Source of the DNA: an uncultured Christensenella sp.
GTDB taxonomy: Bacteria; Bacillota; Clostridia; Christensenellales; Pumilibacteraceae
Direction of reading: 5' to 3'
DNA: 64,000 bases
Assembly: GCA_949948895.1 (NCBI GenBank)
Contig: CATLHE010000005.1
Coordinates: 2,306 to 66,305, forward strand
A program made the translations under genes and the position numbers. The stretch's first letter is position 1. Each line of letters starts with the position of its first letter. Positions 21,827 to 32,158 of this stretch are shown piece after piece. The notes below the pieces were generated by a model, which ran no database searches, was not told the origin of the DNA, and saw only the letters and a program-made list of their open reading frames with translations.

Positions 21827-24571
21827 ATGATGAAGTTGAAGAGGGCTATTATTTTCGTGCTTTGCGCGGTGCTCGCGCTCCCGCTTGCCGCTTGCGGCAA
21901 AAAAGGCACGAACCCGTCGAATAAACCCGGTCCGGACCACGACGATCCGGGCGATCCCGACGCTACATATACGATAACTTTCGACTTGGGACCCGAACAC
22001 CCCAACCGTTACGATGCGAGTTTCAAGCCGGTCGATAAAACAGTGAAGCACGGTGAGACTATCAGCTTTTTGGCGACGCCCGCGGACTTCGACGACTATA
22101 CTTTTGTAGGCTGGTACGAAAACGGCGTGATGTTCACCAAAGAGACCGTGGTCACAAGAAACTGGAACTTGACCGCGAAATGGGGTAATTCCGCCGAGAC
22201 CGAAGCGGAAGCAAAAAAATACGAGGACGCTATTCCCTCGTGGGACAGCGCCGGACACTTGTACATACATTACAAGCGCTATGACCATAAGACCTCGGAA
22301 GAGACTACGGCAGGCACTCCGACCAACAGCGGCGCGCCCAATTACAGCAATGCCATAAACTCGACAGTGTACAACGATTGGGGACTGTGGCTGTGGCCCA
22401 AGAACGAAGAGGGCAGACTTTTCTATCCCGCTTGGATCGATGTGAGCGGCGCGGTTTACGATGTTCTCATAGACCATCTGTATACCGACGCAGGCTGGGA
22501 CGGCAAAAACCAAAAACCCATGGATCCTCCCGGGCAAATCAATTACAAAACAACTTCCGAAATGGTGGAGGGCATAGGTATGCTGCTGTTCAGTGCAAAA
22601 TCGCGCACAAGCGGAAAGCACTGGGTGAGTGACTGCGGCAATAACTACATTACCCTCACAGATATAGTAAGAAGCAACGGTTCTTACCACTGGTTCGTGC
22701 AACAGGGTAGCGTGGACAGCGGCAAAAAGACGTATAACGCGCAAACGCTCAAAAACCCGTACGAGGGTATCGCGGCAGGCTCTGCTATAACGCGCTCGAC
22801 GGGCGACGGCATGATAAACAGCTTGGTCGACAACAAATCGACTTACCCCGTGCACAAGACGGGCGTACAGAACTTTGACGCGAACAACGGCTATCAGATC
22901 TTTGTAGCGTCGTTTGCCGACAGCGACGGCGACGGCATGGGCGATCTTCGCGGCATTATCGATAAAATAGACGAAGACTATTTCGGTAAGCTCGGCGTAG
23001 ATATGCTGTGGCTCACGCCTTTCCAGACCTCGACCAACTATCACGGTTACGATATCAAAGATTTCTATTCCGTGGATTCGCGCTTCGGAACTCTCTCCGA
23101 TTATCGCGAGCTCGTGTACAAAGCGCACAAAAACGGCATACGTATAGTTATGGACCTCGTTCTCAACCATACGTCGAAAGCCAACCCTTGGTTCGTAAAA
23201 TCGCAGAACCTCGAAAAAGAGATGGTAAACGGCAAAGAGATCGACTACCGTCAGTTCTACAGCTGGATCAACGAGGATAAGTATAACACTCTTTCTGAGG
23301 AAGAGCAGAAGCAGTGGTTTGGCGATCCGTACGGGTATTACTTCTACTCGTCGTTCAGTGCCGATCAGCCCGAGCTCAACTACGATTATCAGCCCGTTCG
23401 CGACGCCATACTCGACGTTTGCAACTACTGGATGGAGTTCGGTCTCGACGGTTTCCGTCTCGACGCGGTAAAGCATATCTACATGGTGAACGAGATAGTT
23501 CCCGTAGGTAAGCCGACTTCTGGCGCGGCAGGCACTCAGCCCGGCTCGCCGGTCATCGACGACGGTTCTTACTCGCACGACGTGACCCGCAACCTCAACT
23601 TCTATCACGAGTTCAACTACCGTCTCAAAGCCAATTATCCCAACGCATTTATCGTAGGCGAAAACCTCGACGGTTGGAACGAACGCACCGCGCCTTACTA
23701 CGAAGGCATGGATTCGCAGTTCGACTTTAATACCTATTACGCGGCGCGCGGTTTCAATACCATACGCGGCATTCCCGCGATAGACAAGAACGGTAATTCT
23801 GCGGGACAGAACACCGACGCAAGCTGGATGGGCGCGGCGTTTACTACTTACCTTAAAGGCTATCAAGCGTTTAAAAACGTCAATCCCAAGTATATCGGCG
23901 GACAGTTCACGTCCAACCACGACCTGCCGCGCGCGAGAAACCGTATGGCGCTCAAGGGCACAGACGGCGGCGAAACCGATTCGTATGCGGCGATCACGGG
24001 CTCTTTGATCGACGATTCTTATAACTCGCTGTTCCTTTACTACGGCATGATTATGAGCTTGCCCGGTGTGACGTGGACGTACTACGGCGACGAGATAGGC
24101 ATGGAAGGCATTATGCAAACCACTATCAACAGCCCGACGGGTTCTACCGATACCATAAACGACAGCACGCCGCACGAGGACAGGATCTACCGTCAGCCTA
24201 TGAAATGGGAAGCGACGGGCAACGCGTCTTACTCGATAGGGTACGGCACGTTTAAGTGCGAGCTCGAAGGCATCAATGCGACGGCGTCCGTAAAGAGCGT
24301 CAAGGAGCAGATGGCAGACGCCGATTCGCTCTGGAACTGGGTAGCCAAGCTCAACGGCATCCGCAAGAGCAAGAATCTCGGTAACGCGACCACCGTCACC
24401 GATCTCGGTTCGGGCGGCAACAAGATCAGCTTTAAAGTGACGGGCGGCAACGGCGGCATTTCGGTCACGATAGTCGCGGGCGGCAGCAAGCCGACGGCAA
24501 GCAACGTGCTCGCCGAAAAGACTGTCACGGTCGGCGGCAAGACTTGCTACGTCGTCATTGCCAACGCGTAA
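21827..24571 (+). CDS. GH13 alpha-amylase-family lipoprotein with InlB B-repeat and CBM41/PUD-like module
   Basis: Lipobox LAAC; F.GWY..G (B-repeat); YIHYKRYD..WGLWLWP (CBM41-like); FADSDGDGMGDLRGII, YHGYD, GFRLDAVKH, VGE, SNHD catalytic motifs. Confidence 0.88.
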   Translation: MMKLKRAIIFVLCAVLALPLAACGKKGTNPSNKPGPDHDDPGDPDATYTITFDLGPEHPNRYDASFKPVDKTVKHGETISFLATPADFDDYTFVGWYENGVMFTKETVVTRNWNLTAKWGNSAETEAEAKKYEDAIPSWDSAGHLYIHYKRYDHKTSEETTAGTPTNSGAPNYSNAINSTVYNDWGLWLWPKNEEGRLFYPAWIDVSGAVYDVLIDHLYTDAGWDGKNQKPMDPPGQINYKTTSEMVEGIGMLLFSAKSRTSGKHWVSDCGNNYITLTDIVRSNGSYHWFVQQGSVDSGKKTYNAQTLKNPYEGIAAGSAITRSTGDGMINSLVDNKSTYPVHKTGVQNFDANNGYQIFVASFADSDGDGMGDLRGIIDKIDEDYFGKLGVDMLWLTPFQTSTNYHGYDIKDFYSVDSRFGTLSDYRELVYKAHKNGIRIVMDLVLNHTSKANPWFVKSQNLEKEMVNGKEIDYRQFYSWINEDKYNTLSEEEQKQWFGDPYGYYFYSSFSADQPELNYDYQPVRDAILDVCNYWMEFGLDGFRLDAVKHIYMVNEIVPVGKPTSGAAGTQPGSPVIDDGSYSHDVTRNLNFYHEFNYRLKANYPNAFIVGENLDGWNERTAPYYEGMDSQFDFNTYYAARGFNTIRGIPAIDKNGNSAGQNTDASWMGAAFTTYLKGYQAFKNVNPKYIGGQFTSNHDLPRARNRMALKGTDGGETDSYAAITGSLIDDSYNSLFLYYGMIMSLPGVTWTYYGDEIGMEGIMQTTINSPTGSTDTINDSTPHEDRIYRQPMKWEATGNASYSIGYGTFKCELEGINATASVKSVKEQMADADSLWNWVAKLNGIRKSKNLGNATTVTDLGSGGNKISFKVTGGNGGISVTIVAGGSKPTASNVLAEKTVTVGGKTCYVVIANA

Positions 24572-24584
24572 GGAGGAGAGAATA

Positions 24585-25694
24585 ATGAAAAAGATCACTT
24601 CGATAGCTGCGGCGCTGTGCCTCGCGACTGCGTTTTGCGGGATGTGCACGGGCTGCGCAAACGGAATAAAAAACGAGGTCGGCGGGCAAAACTCCGAGTC
24701 GGTAGTCGTTTCCGCAGATACGGACTATAAGCTTATCCTTTGCCCGGGCTATGCGTACGGCTACGGCTCTGCCGCCAATACCATAGCAAGCGGCGCTACA
24801 AAACTGACAGCAGACCAGGAAGCGCAGTATTTTGTGCACAATGCGTATTTTGTAACGAGCGCGGCGGGTACCGAGCTCCCCACGCCCACGGGACGCAGCG
24901 GCGCTACGTTTAAGGGCTGGCGCAGGGCGGAAGAAGGCGAGCTTGTTACTTATAAGGTAGTGCCCAATCTGACGGAAACCCTGTATCTGTACGCCGAATG
25001 GGTATCGGAGGGCAGCGGTACGCCCGATCCCGGACCCGGACCCGTCGATCCCACGCCGTCCGGCGTCACCGTCAACGGCAAGGCGATGGAAGAGAATAAA
25101 ACGCCTATGGCGGGCGTCGACAAAGAGTATTTTGTGAAGGGCGCAAAACTCAGCGCGGGCGCGCTTACGTTTAAGTCGGGAGATAACGGTATCACGATAA
25201 GTACGCTTGACAGTGCGAGCACGGGCTTGACTTTCTCGAGCGGCGTTGTTTCGGTGGTCAAGGACGGCACGTTCGATATCTATCTCAAAAAGGTAGGCAC
25301 GAAGTGGGAAGTTTACGGCTCGCGCGATACGTCGCAGGACGTGACTTCCATAAAAGGCGAGAATGCCGTCGCGGGCAATATCTATCTTGCGGGCAATGTT
25401 ACCGACGCCGATTTCAGTTGGAATAATTGGAACGCTTCGGGGCATAAGGGCTTGAAAGTGACGGGCGGAAAGCTTACCGTCAAGCTCGGTGCGGGCGATA
25501 ACTGCAAGTTTGTCAAGTACGTCAACGGAACGAGCGACGTTTGGCAGAAGTCGCTTTCGGGCGCAGGCACGCATATCACGTTTGCCAACGAAAACTCCAA
25601 CATGGAAGTAAAGGACGCGGGAACGTACACGTTTACCATTACCGAGTCGGGCGGTAAGCTCGCCGTTACGGTCACAAACTTTACTGCGGGCTGA
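24585..25694 (+). CDS. Putative starch-binding surface lipoprotein (B-repeat + SusE/F-like beta modules)
   Basis: SD AGGAGG before ATG 24585; signal peptide ending CTGC; FKGW..LYAEW B-repeat; PGPGP linker; IYLAGN..W, KFV, GTY.FT motifs. Confidence 0.6.
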   Translation: MKKITSIAAALCLATAFCGMCTGCANGIKNEVGGQNSESVVVSADTDYKLILCPGYAYGYGSAANTIASGATKLTADQEAQYFVHNAYFVTSAAGTELPTPTGRSGATFKGWRRAEEGELVTYKVVPNLTETLYLYAEWVSEGSGTPDPGPGPVDPTPSGVTVNGKAMEENKTPMAGVDKEYFVKGAKLSAGALTFKSGDNGITISTLDSASTGLTFSSGVVSVVKDGTFDIYLKKVGTKWEVYGSRDTSQDVTSIKGENAVAGNIYLAGNVTDADFSWNNWNASGHKGLKVTGGKLTVKLGAGDNCKFVKYVNGTSDVWQKSLSGAGTHITFANENSNMEVKDAGTYTFTITESGGKLAVTVTNFTAG

Positions 25695-25711
25695 TCGATA
25701 ATCCAAGTAAT

Positions 25712-25741
25712 AAAAAGCTCTACCGTTTGGTAGGGCTTTTT
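25712..25741. terminator. Intrinsic terminator
   Basis: AAAAAGCTCTACC-gttt-GGTAGGGCTTTTT. Confidence 0.8.
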
Positions 25742-25776
25742 GTGTGGTCGGCGCTACGGAAAAGTTTGTCAATAGG

Positions 25777-25805
25777 TTGCAATGCGCGAGCCAACGTGGT
25801 ATAAT
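25777..25805 (+). promoter_or_regulatory. sigmaA-type promoter upstream of a REP cluster and the Sel1 gene
   Basis: TTGCAA-17-TATAAT with TG extension. Confidence 0.55.
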
Positions 25806-25809
25806 ATTC

Positions 25810-26395
25810 GTGCGCCAACCAAATGTTGGACGTATGTCGTGTGTGCGCTTTGACGGTGGAATGGCGGAACACCCGACCAAGCACAGCTTGGATTTCAGTC
25901 GTGTGTGTGCGTTATGGGTAATTGTGCTCTGCACCCGAAAAAAGCAAAACAGAATATCCCGCTATCGACACCTGTCATCCTGAGGCGAAGCCGAAGGATC
26001 TAGGGCGTAAGCCCGCAAGCCTTACGCTTGGCGTCTGTCGTGTGTCGGCTTAGGTGGTAGTTTTGCATGACACCCGACCAAGCACAGATTGGATTTCTGT
26101 CGTGTGCCAACCAAATGTTGGACGTATGTCGTGTGTTTGCTTGGTCGGTGAAATGGCGGTGCACCCGACCAAACACGGTTTGGATGTCTGTCGTGTGTGG
26201 GCTTTGACGGTGGAATGGCGGAACACCCGAATAAAGGCGGAGTAATGTGTGGGGGTAATGTTAGTTTAACGTTTACACTTTGCGGCGGTTCGCCTAGATT
26301 CTTCGCGTTGCTCGGAATGACAAGCCAATGGATTGGCATTTGATTTTGTGTATGTGCGTGGTTTAAGGAAAGACATTACACCCGAATAGATACAT
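25810..26395. repeat. Composite REP-like cluster (families A and B)
   Basis: Repeated CCAA-hairpin-n5-TGTCGTG and CACCCGA motifs; TGTCATCCTGAGGCGAAGCCGAAGGATCT. Confidence 0.85.
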
Positions 26396-26453
26396 AAAGT
26401 AAAACAGCCGAAAGGCTCTTCATAAAAAATACACTCCAATAAAGGAAACAAAT

Positions 26454-27578
26454 ATGGCGGATAAGAAACAAACGGGTACTAACTCCCAAAACAAGACCTC
26501 GGGCGTCAGCCTCGGCGATATAACGCCGACTTCGGGCACGGACAGCGGCGCGCCGCTCGGACCTACCGAGTACCTCGCGAAAAAGTATTTCGATATAGGC
26601 GAGAAGTTTTTCACGGGCGAAGGCTGCAAAGTCGATTTTTCGCGCGCAGTCGCCAACTATTCTCAGAGCGCAAAGCTCGGCTATGCGCCCGCGATATTCT
26701 CGCTCGGCGTGTGCTATATTCAAGGCTTCGGCGTGCAAGCCGATCCCAAACTCGCGTTCGAGTATATCAGCCGCGCGGCGGACATGGGCAATCTCGACGC
26801 GCAGTTCACGCTCGGGCATTTCTATTTTGAAGGCTCGGCAGTCGAGCGCGATTATAAAAAGGCGTTGGAGATATTCCGCACGGCGGCGGAAAAAGGTCAT
26901 CCGGGCGGGCTTAACGATCTCGGGTTCTGCTATCAGAACGGGCTGGGCGTCGAGCGCGACGAAACGAAAGCGTTCGAGTATTTCCTGAAAGCGGCGGAAA
27001 GCGAGTTTGCCGCGGCGCAGAACAACGTCGCGGACTGCTATAATTTCGGGCGCGGCGTGAAAGCCGATCTCGAAAAGGCGTTCCTGTATTACTACCGCGC
27101 CGCACGGAACGGCTATGCCATAGCGCAGAACAACGTGGGTATGTGCTACCTTAACGGGCGCGGCGTGAAAGCCGATCCAGAGCAAGCGTACAAGTGGTTC
27201 GAGACAGCGGGCAAGCAGGGCAATCCCGTCGCCGTCGCCAATATGGGCTTTTGCCATGAGACGGGCAGGGGCGCGGAACAGAATTTCGAGAAAGCCGTGC
27301 AGCTGTATACCATATCGTCCGATGCGGGCAGCGCCGCCGGGCAGTTCAATCTCGGCAAATGCTATCGCGACGGTAACGGCGTGAAAGAAGATAAGTCGCG
27401 CGCGTTTTCGCTGTTCAAGCGTTCGGCGGAGCAAGGGTTTGCGCTCGCGCTTTCCGAGCTGGCAGCGTGCTATCGCGACGGAGTGGGCGTTGCGCCCGAC
27501 GCCGAACTTGCCGAAAAGTACGCCAAGCTCGCCGCCGACAGCGGTATGCCGCTCGTTTCGGTGCGCGACGATAAGTAG
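26454..27578 (+). CDS. Sel1-like repeat (SLR/TPR) protein
   Basis: About 8 repeats of A...LG.CY..G.GV..D..KA..Y...AA..G. Confidence 0.92.
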   Translation: MADKKQTGTNSQNKTSGVSLGDITPTSGTDSGAPLGPTEYLAKKYFDIGEKFFTGEGCKVDFSRAVANYSQSAKLGYAPAIFSLGVCYIQGFGVQADPKLAFEYISRAADMGNLDAQFTLGHFYFEGSAVERDYKKALEIFRTAAEKGHPGGLNDLGFCYQNGLGVERDETKAFEYFLKAAESEFAAAQNNVADCYNFGRGVKADLEKAFLYYYRAARNGYAIAQNNVGMCYLNGRGVKADPEQAYKWFETAGKQGNPVAVANMGFCHETGRGAEQNFEKAVQLYTISSDAGSAAGQFNLGKCYRDGNGVKEDKSRAFSLFKRSAEQGFALALSELAACYRDGVGVAPDAELAEKYAKLAADSGMPLVSVRDDK

Positions 27579-27644
27579 CGCGGTTGGGTTATATTTGTAA
27601 TAGCAAACAGGAAACATACCGATTTATTGTCGGTATGTTTTTTT

Positions 27645-28365
27645 CAAGCCTTACACTTGAGCGACTGTAGTGTGTTGGCGCGAAGATGATTTGTCGTTTC
27701 GCCCGAAAAAGAGCGGGGCATTATGGGGTGTCGTTTGTTTTGCGTGACAACAATGCGGCGGTTCGCCTAGATTCCTCACTGCGTTCGGAATGACAAGTGA
27801 ACAAATCGTGGGATATTCTGAATCAACCGTTAAACTTGATATCGCTTATCACCCTTTCGTAGGGCGGGCAGACCCATGCCCGCCGTTTATGGTTCATTGA
27901 CGCGTCATTAAGCGGGGCGCAGAGGGCTGCGCCCCCTACATACGGCTAATGATATGTGCCGCAATTATTCGGGTGGCGCACAAAACAAACATGCACGTAA
28001 ATACACGACAGAAATCCAAACCGTGTTTGGTCGGGTGGCGCACAAAACAAAGCACTTACGAAATACACGACATTCGCCAAGCCTTTGGCTTGCGATAAAA
28101 ATCCAAACCGTGTTTGGTCGGGTGGCTCGCGATATCACATTATAAGTAAACACACGACAAACGTCCAACATTTGGTTTGCGGAGCGCAGGGGTCTGCGCT
28201 CCCTACGGATAGATGAACAATATGTGTCGCAACTATTCGGGTGGCGCACAAAACAAACATGCACGTAAATACACGACAGAAATCCAAACCGTGTTTGGTC
28301 GGGTGTAACGTAAAATAAATTACAAATGTAAATACACGACAAAAATCCAAGCTGTGCTTGGGGGT
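27645..28365. repeat. Composite REP-like cluster (families A, B, C) with an internal 72-bp direct duplication
   Basis: 27966-28037 repeated at 28234-28305; three GTAG-tagged palindromes. Confidence 0.85.
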
Positions 28366-28439
28366 TGAAACAGTTGATTTTAGAATACGGCTTTGATATA
28401 ATACGCATTGGACGATTTGCAAAGGAAGGTGGTGTTCAT

Positions 28440-29312
28440 ATGGCGCCCGCATTTGTTAAAAGCAAAAGATTCCGTTCGTTTGTTCTGGTCCCGATCATGA
28501 TCTTGATATCGGGATTTTTGCGTTCGGTCTGCGTGCAGGTGTTTACTCTCCCGTTCGATTTCGCGCCCGGTGGCTCGACCGGTATCGCGACGATGGTCGA
28601 GTACAAGACAGGGTTTTCTTCGGGCTGGACGACGCTCATAGTCAACGTGCCGCTACTCATCCTCGCATGGATATTCCTCGATAAATGGTTCGCCGTAAAA
28701 TCGGGCTGCGCCATTCTTATCGCGTCCGCGGGCATGCTGCTCATGAAACAGTTCGACTTCCCGACGTATGCGGGCGGAGAGCCTGTGCTTGCCGCCGCGG
28801 CTTCGGGCGTTTTGGGCGGAGTCGGGCTCGCGCTCATGCTGAGAGCGGGCGGCTCGACGGGCGGCTCGGACATTGTGGCAATGTTCATACAGCGCAGGTT
28901 TTCTGCGACCAACGTGGCATGGTTCATATACGCGATCGACGCGGTAATAGTGTTTGTGTCGGCGTTCGTTTACCAAAACGGTCTTACGCCCATACTCATG
29001 TCGCTCGTCGAGATGTTCTGCCTGTCGATGATAAGCGACGTTATTTCGAGCGGTTTCAAAACGGCGCTCAAGTTCGAGATAATAACGCACGACCCCGAGC
29101 CGCTGGCTCAGGACATAATACAAAAACTCGGCCGTGGCGTTACGTGCGCGCCCGTTACCGGCATGTACTCGCACGACGAGAAATCCATGCTCATCTGCGT
29201 TATTAGAAAGCACCAGCTTTCGGAGTTCAATAAGATCCTCAAAAACTACCCCGATACGTTCGCGTACGTGACCAACACGCGCGAGGTCATGGGGCTCGGG
29301 TTCAGTAAGTAA
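28440..29312 (+). CDS. YitT family membrane protein (DUF2179 C-terminus)
   Basis: APGGSTGIA, NVPLLI, GGSTGGSDIVA, CVIRKHQL..YPDTFAYV; ATG 28440 after GGAAGGTGG. Confidence 0.9.
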   Translation: MAPAFVKSKRFRSFVLVPIMILISGFLRSVCVQVFTLPFDFAPGGSTGIATMVEYKTGFSSGWTTLIVNVPLLILAWIFLDKWFAVKSGCAILIASAGMLLMKQFDFPTYAGGEPVLAAAASGVLGGVGLALMLRAGGSTGGSDIVAMFIQRRFSATNVAWFIYAIDAVIVFVSAFVYQNGLTPILMSLVEMFCLSMISDVISSGFKTALKFEIITHDPEPLAQDIIQKLGRGVTCAPVTGMYSHDEKSMLICVIRKHQLSEFNKILKNYPDTFAYVTNTREVMGLGFSK

Positions 29313-29375
29313 AAGCGGCGCACTGACTGCAATATATTTTAGATACATAAAGGCGACAGGAAAGGAGATATATGC

Positions 29376-31364
29376 ATGAAAGAGTTTAGGGCTGAATCGA
29401 AAAAATTACTCGATCTCGTGGTCAATTCGATATATGCAAACCGCGAGATATTTTTGCGCGAGCTCATAAGCAACGCGTCGGACGCGCTCGATAAGCGCAG
29501 GTTTATGTCGCTTACGGACAGCTCGCTCGACGCCGAGTTCGCAATAGAGATAACGGCGGACAAAGCGAAAAGAACGCTCACCGTATCGGACAACGGTGTC
29601 GGCATGAGCGAGAAAGAACTCGAGGACAACCTCGGCGTGATAGCGGCGAGCGGCACGGAAACGTTTAAAAAATCGCTGGGCGAAAACGACGACAAAACGC
29701 TTATCGGTCAGTTCGGCGTGGGGTTTTACGCGTCGTTCATGGTTGCGGACAAAGTCACCGTTATAAGCCGCAAAGTGGGCGAGACAAACGCGCATAAGTG
29801 GGAATCGAACGGCGTCGACGGGTTCGAGATAACGGACGCCGAGCGCGACGCGTTCGGTACGAGCGTGATTCTACACTTAAAGGACGACGGCGACGAGAAC
29901 TATTCGCAGTATCTCGAAGCGTACGAGATAAGAACGCTTGTCAAGAAGTATTCCGATTATATACGCTATCCCATACGCACCGAAAAACCCAAAGCGGAGA
30001 GCGAGAGCGGCGTTACCGTAGGCGAGCTCGACACGCTCAACTCCATGACGCCCGTATGGAAAAAATCCAAGACCGACCTGGCGGAAGGCGAGCTCGACGA
30101 GTTTTTCAAACACACGTTCCGCGAATACGACGCGCCCCTTCTCACCGTCACGACGCGCGTCGAGGGCGCGGTCGAGTACACGGCGCTCCTGTTTGTGCCG
30201 AGCGCTCCGCCCTTTGATTTTTATACCAAGGACTATAAGCGCGGATTACAGCTCTATTGTAACGGCGTGCTCATTATGGATAAATGCTCGGAGCTCATAC
30301 CCGAATATCTGGGGTTTGTGCGCGGTGTGGTGGAAACTTCCGATCTTTCGCTCAATATCTCGCGCGAAACGTTCCAAGAAGACAGACGGGTGCGCGCAAT
30401 AGCCAACGGGCTGGAGAAAAAACTACTCGCCGAGTTCGACAAACTGTTAAAGAACGACAGGGAAAAATACGAAAAGCTTTTTACGGCGTTTGCCAAAGCG
30501 ATCAAGTTCGGCGCGTACGACGATTACGGCGCGAACAAGGACAAGCTCAAAGACCTTTTGCTGTACTACTCGGACAAGAACAAAAAGCTCGTCACGCTCA
30601 AAGAGTTTTGTGCGGAACTCGACAAGGACGCGCCCGTGCCGTACGCCTGCGGCGAGACGGTGGAAAAGATAGCTATGCAGCCTCAGCTCGAGGGTGCGCG
30701 CGCAAGCGGCAACGACGTATTATACTTTACCGATCCCGTGGACGAGTTCATGGCGCGCATGCTCGACAGCTACGACGGGCACAAGTTCCGCAATATCGCG
30801 TCGGGCGAGGCGGAAGCCGCGGCGTCGACTTCGGGGCACGAGGAACTCACGGCGCGTATACAAAAAAGCCTCGGCGATAAAGCCGCGGTCGCGCCCACCG
30901 ATAAACTTAAATCGTACCCCGTATGCCTCGCCGCCAAGGGCGACGTTTCGCTGGAAATGGAGCGTGTGCTCGCGGCAATGGGCGGCGGGCTCAAAGCGGA
31001 GCGCGTTTTGCAGGTCAACTTCGAGCACCCCGCGATAGCGAGGCTCGGGACGCTCGACGGCGCGGAGTTCGACGATACGGTAACTGTGCTTTATAACGAA
31101 GCGCTTCTCGCCGAAGGCTACAAGACCGAGCCCGAGTTTTTGGCGGCGCTCAACCGCGTGCTTTCGGGTCGTGCCGTTAAGCCCGCGGCTAAAAAAGCTC
31201 CCGCAAAAACGGCTAAGCCGTCTGCGACCAAGACGGGCGCGGGCGCTAAAAAATCGAGCGCCGGTCAGAGCAAAACAAGCTCGACGGCAAGCAAGAGTAA
31301 AAGCGGAACGAAACCCGCAACCGATAGATCGGTAAAATCGGAAAAAACGGGCGCCGATGAGTAA
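29376..31364 (+). CDS. htpG: Chaperone HtpG (Hsp90) with basic low-complexity C-tail
   Basis: IYANREIFLRELISNASDALDK, DNGVGM, IGQFGVGFY, GVVETSDLSLNISRE. Confidence 0.95.
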   Translation: MKEFRAESKKLLDLVVNSIYANREIFLRELISNASDALDKRRFMSLTDSSLDAEFAIEITADKAKRTLTVSDNGVGMSEKELEDNLGVIAASGTETFKKSLGENDDKTLIGQFGVGFYASFMVADKVTVISRKVGETNAHKWESNGVDGFEITDAERDAFGTSVILHLKDDGDENYSQYLEAYEIRTLVKKYSDYIRYPIRTEKPKAESESGVTVGELDTLNSMTPVWKKSKTDLAEGELDEFFKHTFREYDAPLLTVTTRVEGAVEYTALLFVPSAPPFDFYTKDYKRGLQLYCNGVLIMDKCSELIPEYLGFVRGVVETSDLSLNISRETFQEDRRVRAIANGLEKKLLAEFDKLLKNDREKYEKLFTAFAKAIKFGAYDDYGANKDKLKDLLLYYSDKNKKLVTLKEFCAELDKDAPVPYACGETVEKIAMQPQLEGARASGNDVLYFTDPVDEFMARMLDSYDGHKFRNIASGEAEAAASTSGHEELTARIQKSLGDKAAVAPTDKLKSYPVCLAAKGDVSLEMERVLAAMGGGLKAERVLQVNFEHPAIARLGTLDGAEFDDTVTVLYNEALLAEGYKTEPEFLAALNRVLSGRAVKPAAKKAPAKTAKPSATKTGAGAKKSSAGQSKTSSTASKSKSGTKPATDRSVKSEKTGADE

Positions 31365-32148
31365 GCGCGCGAAAAAATCAACTGAAATCGTCGTAGTCAC
31401 GGGCTGCACGAGCGGTATCGGCAAAGAGCTTTGCGAGCTGTACCGCAATGCGGGCGCGACGGTGATCGGCATGGCGCGCACGGCGGACGAGCGCGCGGGC
31501 GATATCGCCGTCGACGTGACCGACCTCGACGCGGTGAGGCGCGCGGTCGCGGAAGTCGGCAATCGCTACGGCAAGATAGACACGGTAGTAGCGTGCGCCG
31601 GCGGCGGGCTGTCGGGTGCGACCGAACTTTTACCAATGGAAGAAATAGAGCGGCAAACGGCGCTCAATTATACGGGCGCGCTCGAAACGGTGCGCGCGGC
31701 GCTCGGGTTTATGGAAAGCGGCGGCAAGGCGATCTTTATATCGTCTGCTTGCGCGCTTTTTGCTTTGCCTTTTCGCGCGACGTACTGCGCGAGCAAAGCG
31801 GCTGTCAATATGGCGGCGTTCGGGCTGTACATGGAGCTTAAAAATTACGGTATACGCGTAAGCTCGGTCTGCCCCGGCGATATCAAAACTGGCTTTACGA
31901 AAAACCGTGTCAAGTACTCGGACGGCGGAACGCGCTACGGCGATAAGCCGCGCGCATCTGCCGAAAAGATAGACGGCAGAGAGCACAAGCGCATGGGCTT
32001 GAAGCCCGCGGCAAGAAAGATATACAAGGCGTGCGTAAAGTGCCGCAAGCCGTTGTACATTATAGGGTTCAAGTATAAGTTTCTCAATTTTTTGCGGCAT
32101 ATACTCCCGCAAAAACTTTTTCTCGACGTAACTGCAAAACTGTTTTGA
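31357..32148 (+). CDS. Short-chain dehydrogenase/reductase
   Basis: VTGCTSGIG, YCASK catalytic motif, VCPGDIKTGF. Confidence 0.92.
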   Translation: MSKRAKKSTEIVVVTGCTSGIGKELCELYRNAGATVIGMARTADERAGDIAVDVTDLDAVRRAVAEVGNRYGKIDTVVACAGGGLSGATELLPMEEIERQTALNYTGALETVRAALGFMESGGKAIFISSACALFALPFRATYCASKAAVNMAAFGLYMELKNYGIRVSSVCPGDIKTGFTKNRVKYSDGGTRYGDKPRASAEKIDGREHKRMGLKPAARKIYKACVKCRKPLYIIGFKYKFLNFLRHILPQKLFLDVTAKLF

Positions 32149-32158
32149 CGGTGGTATC

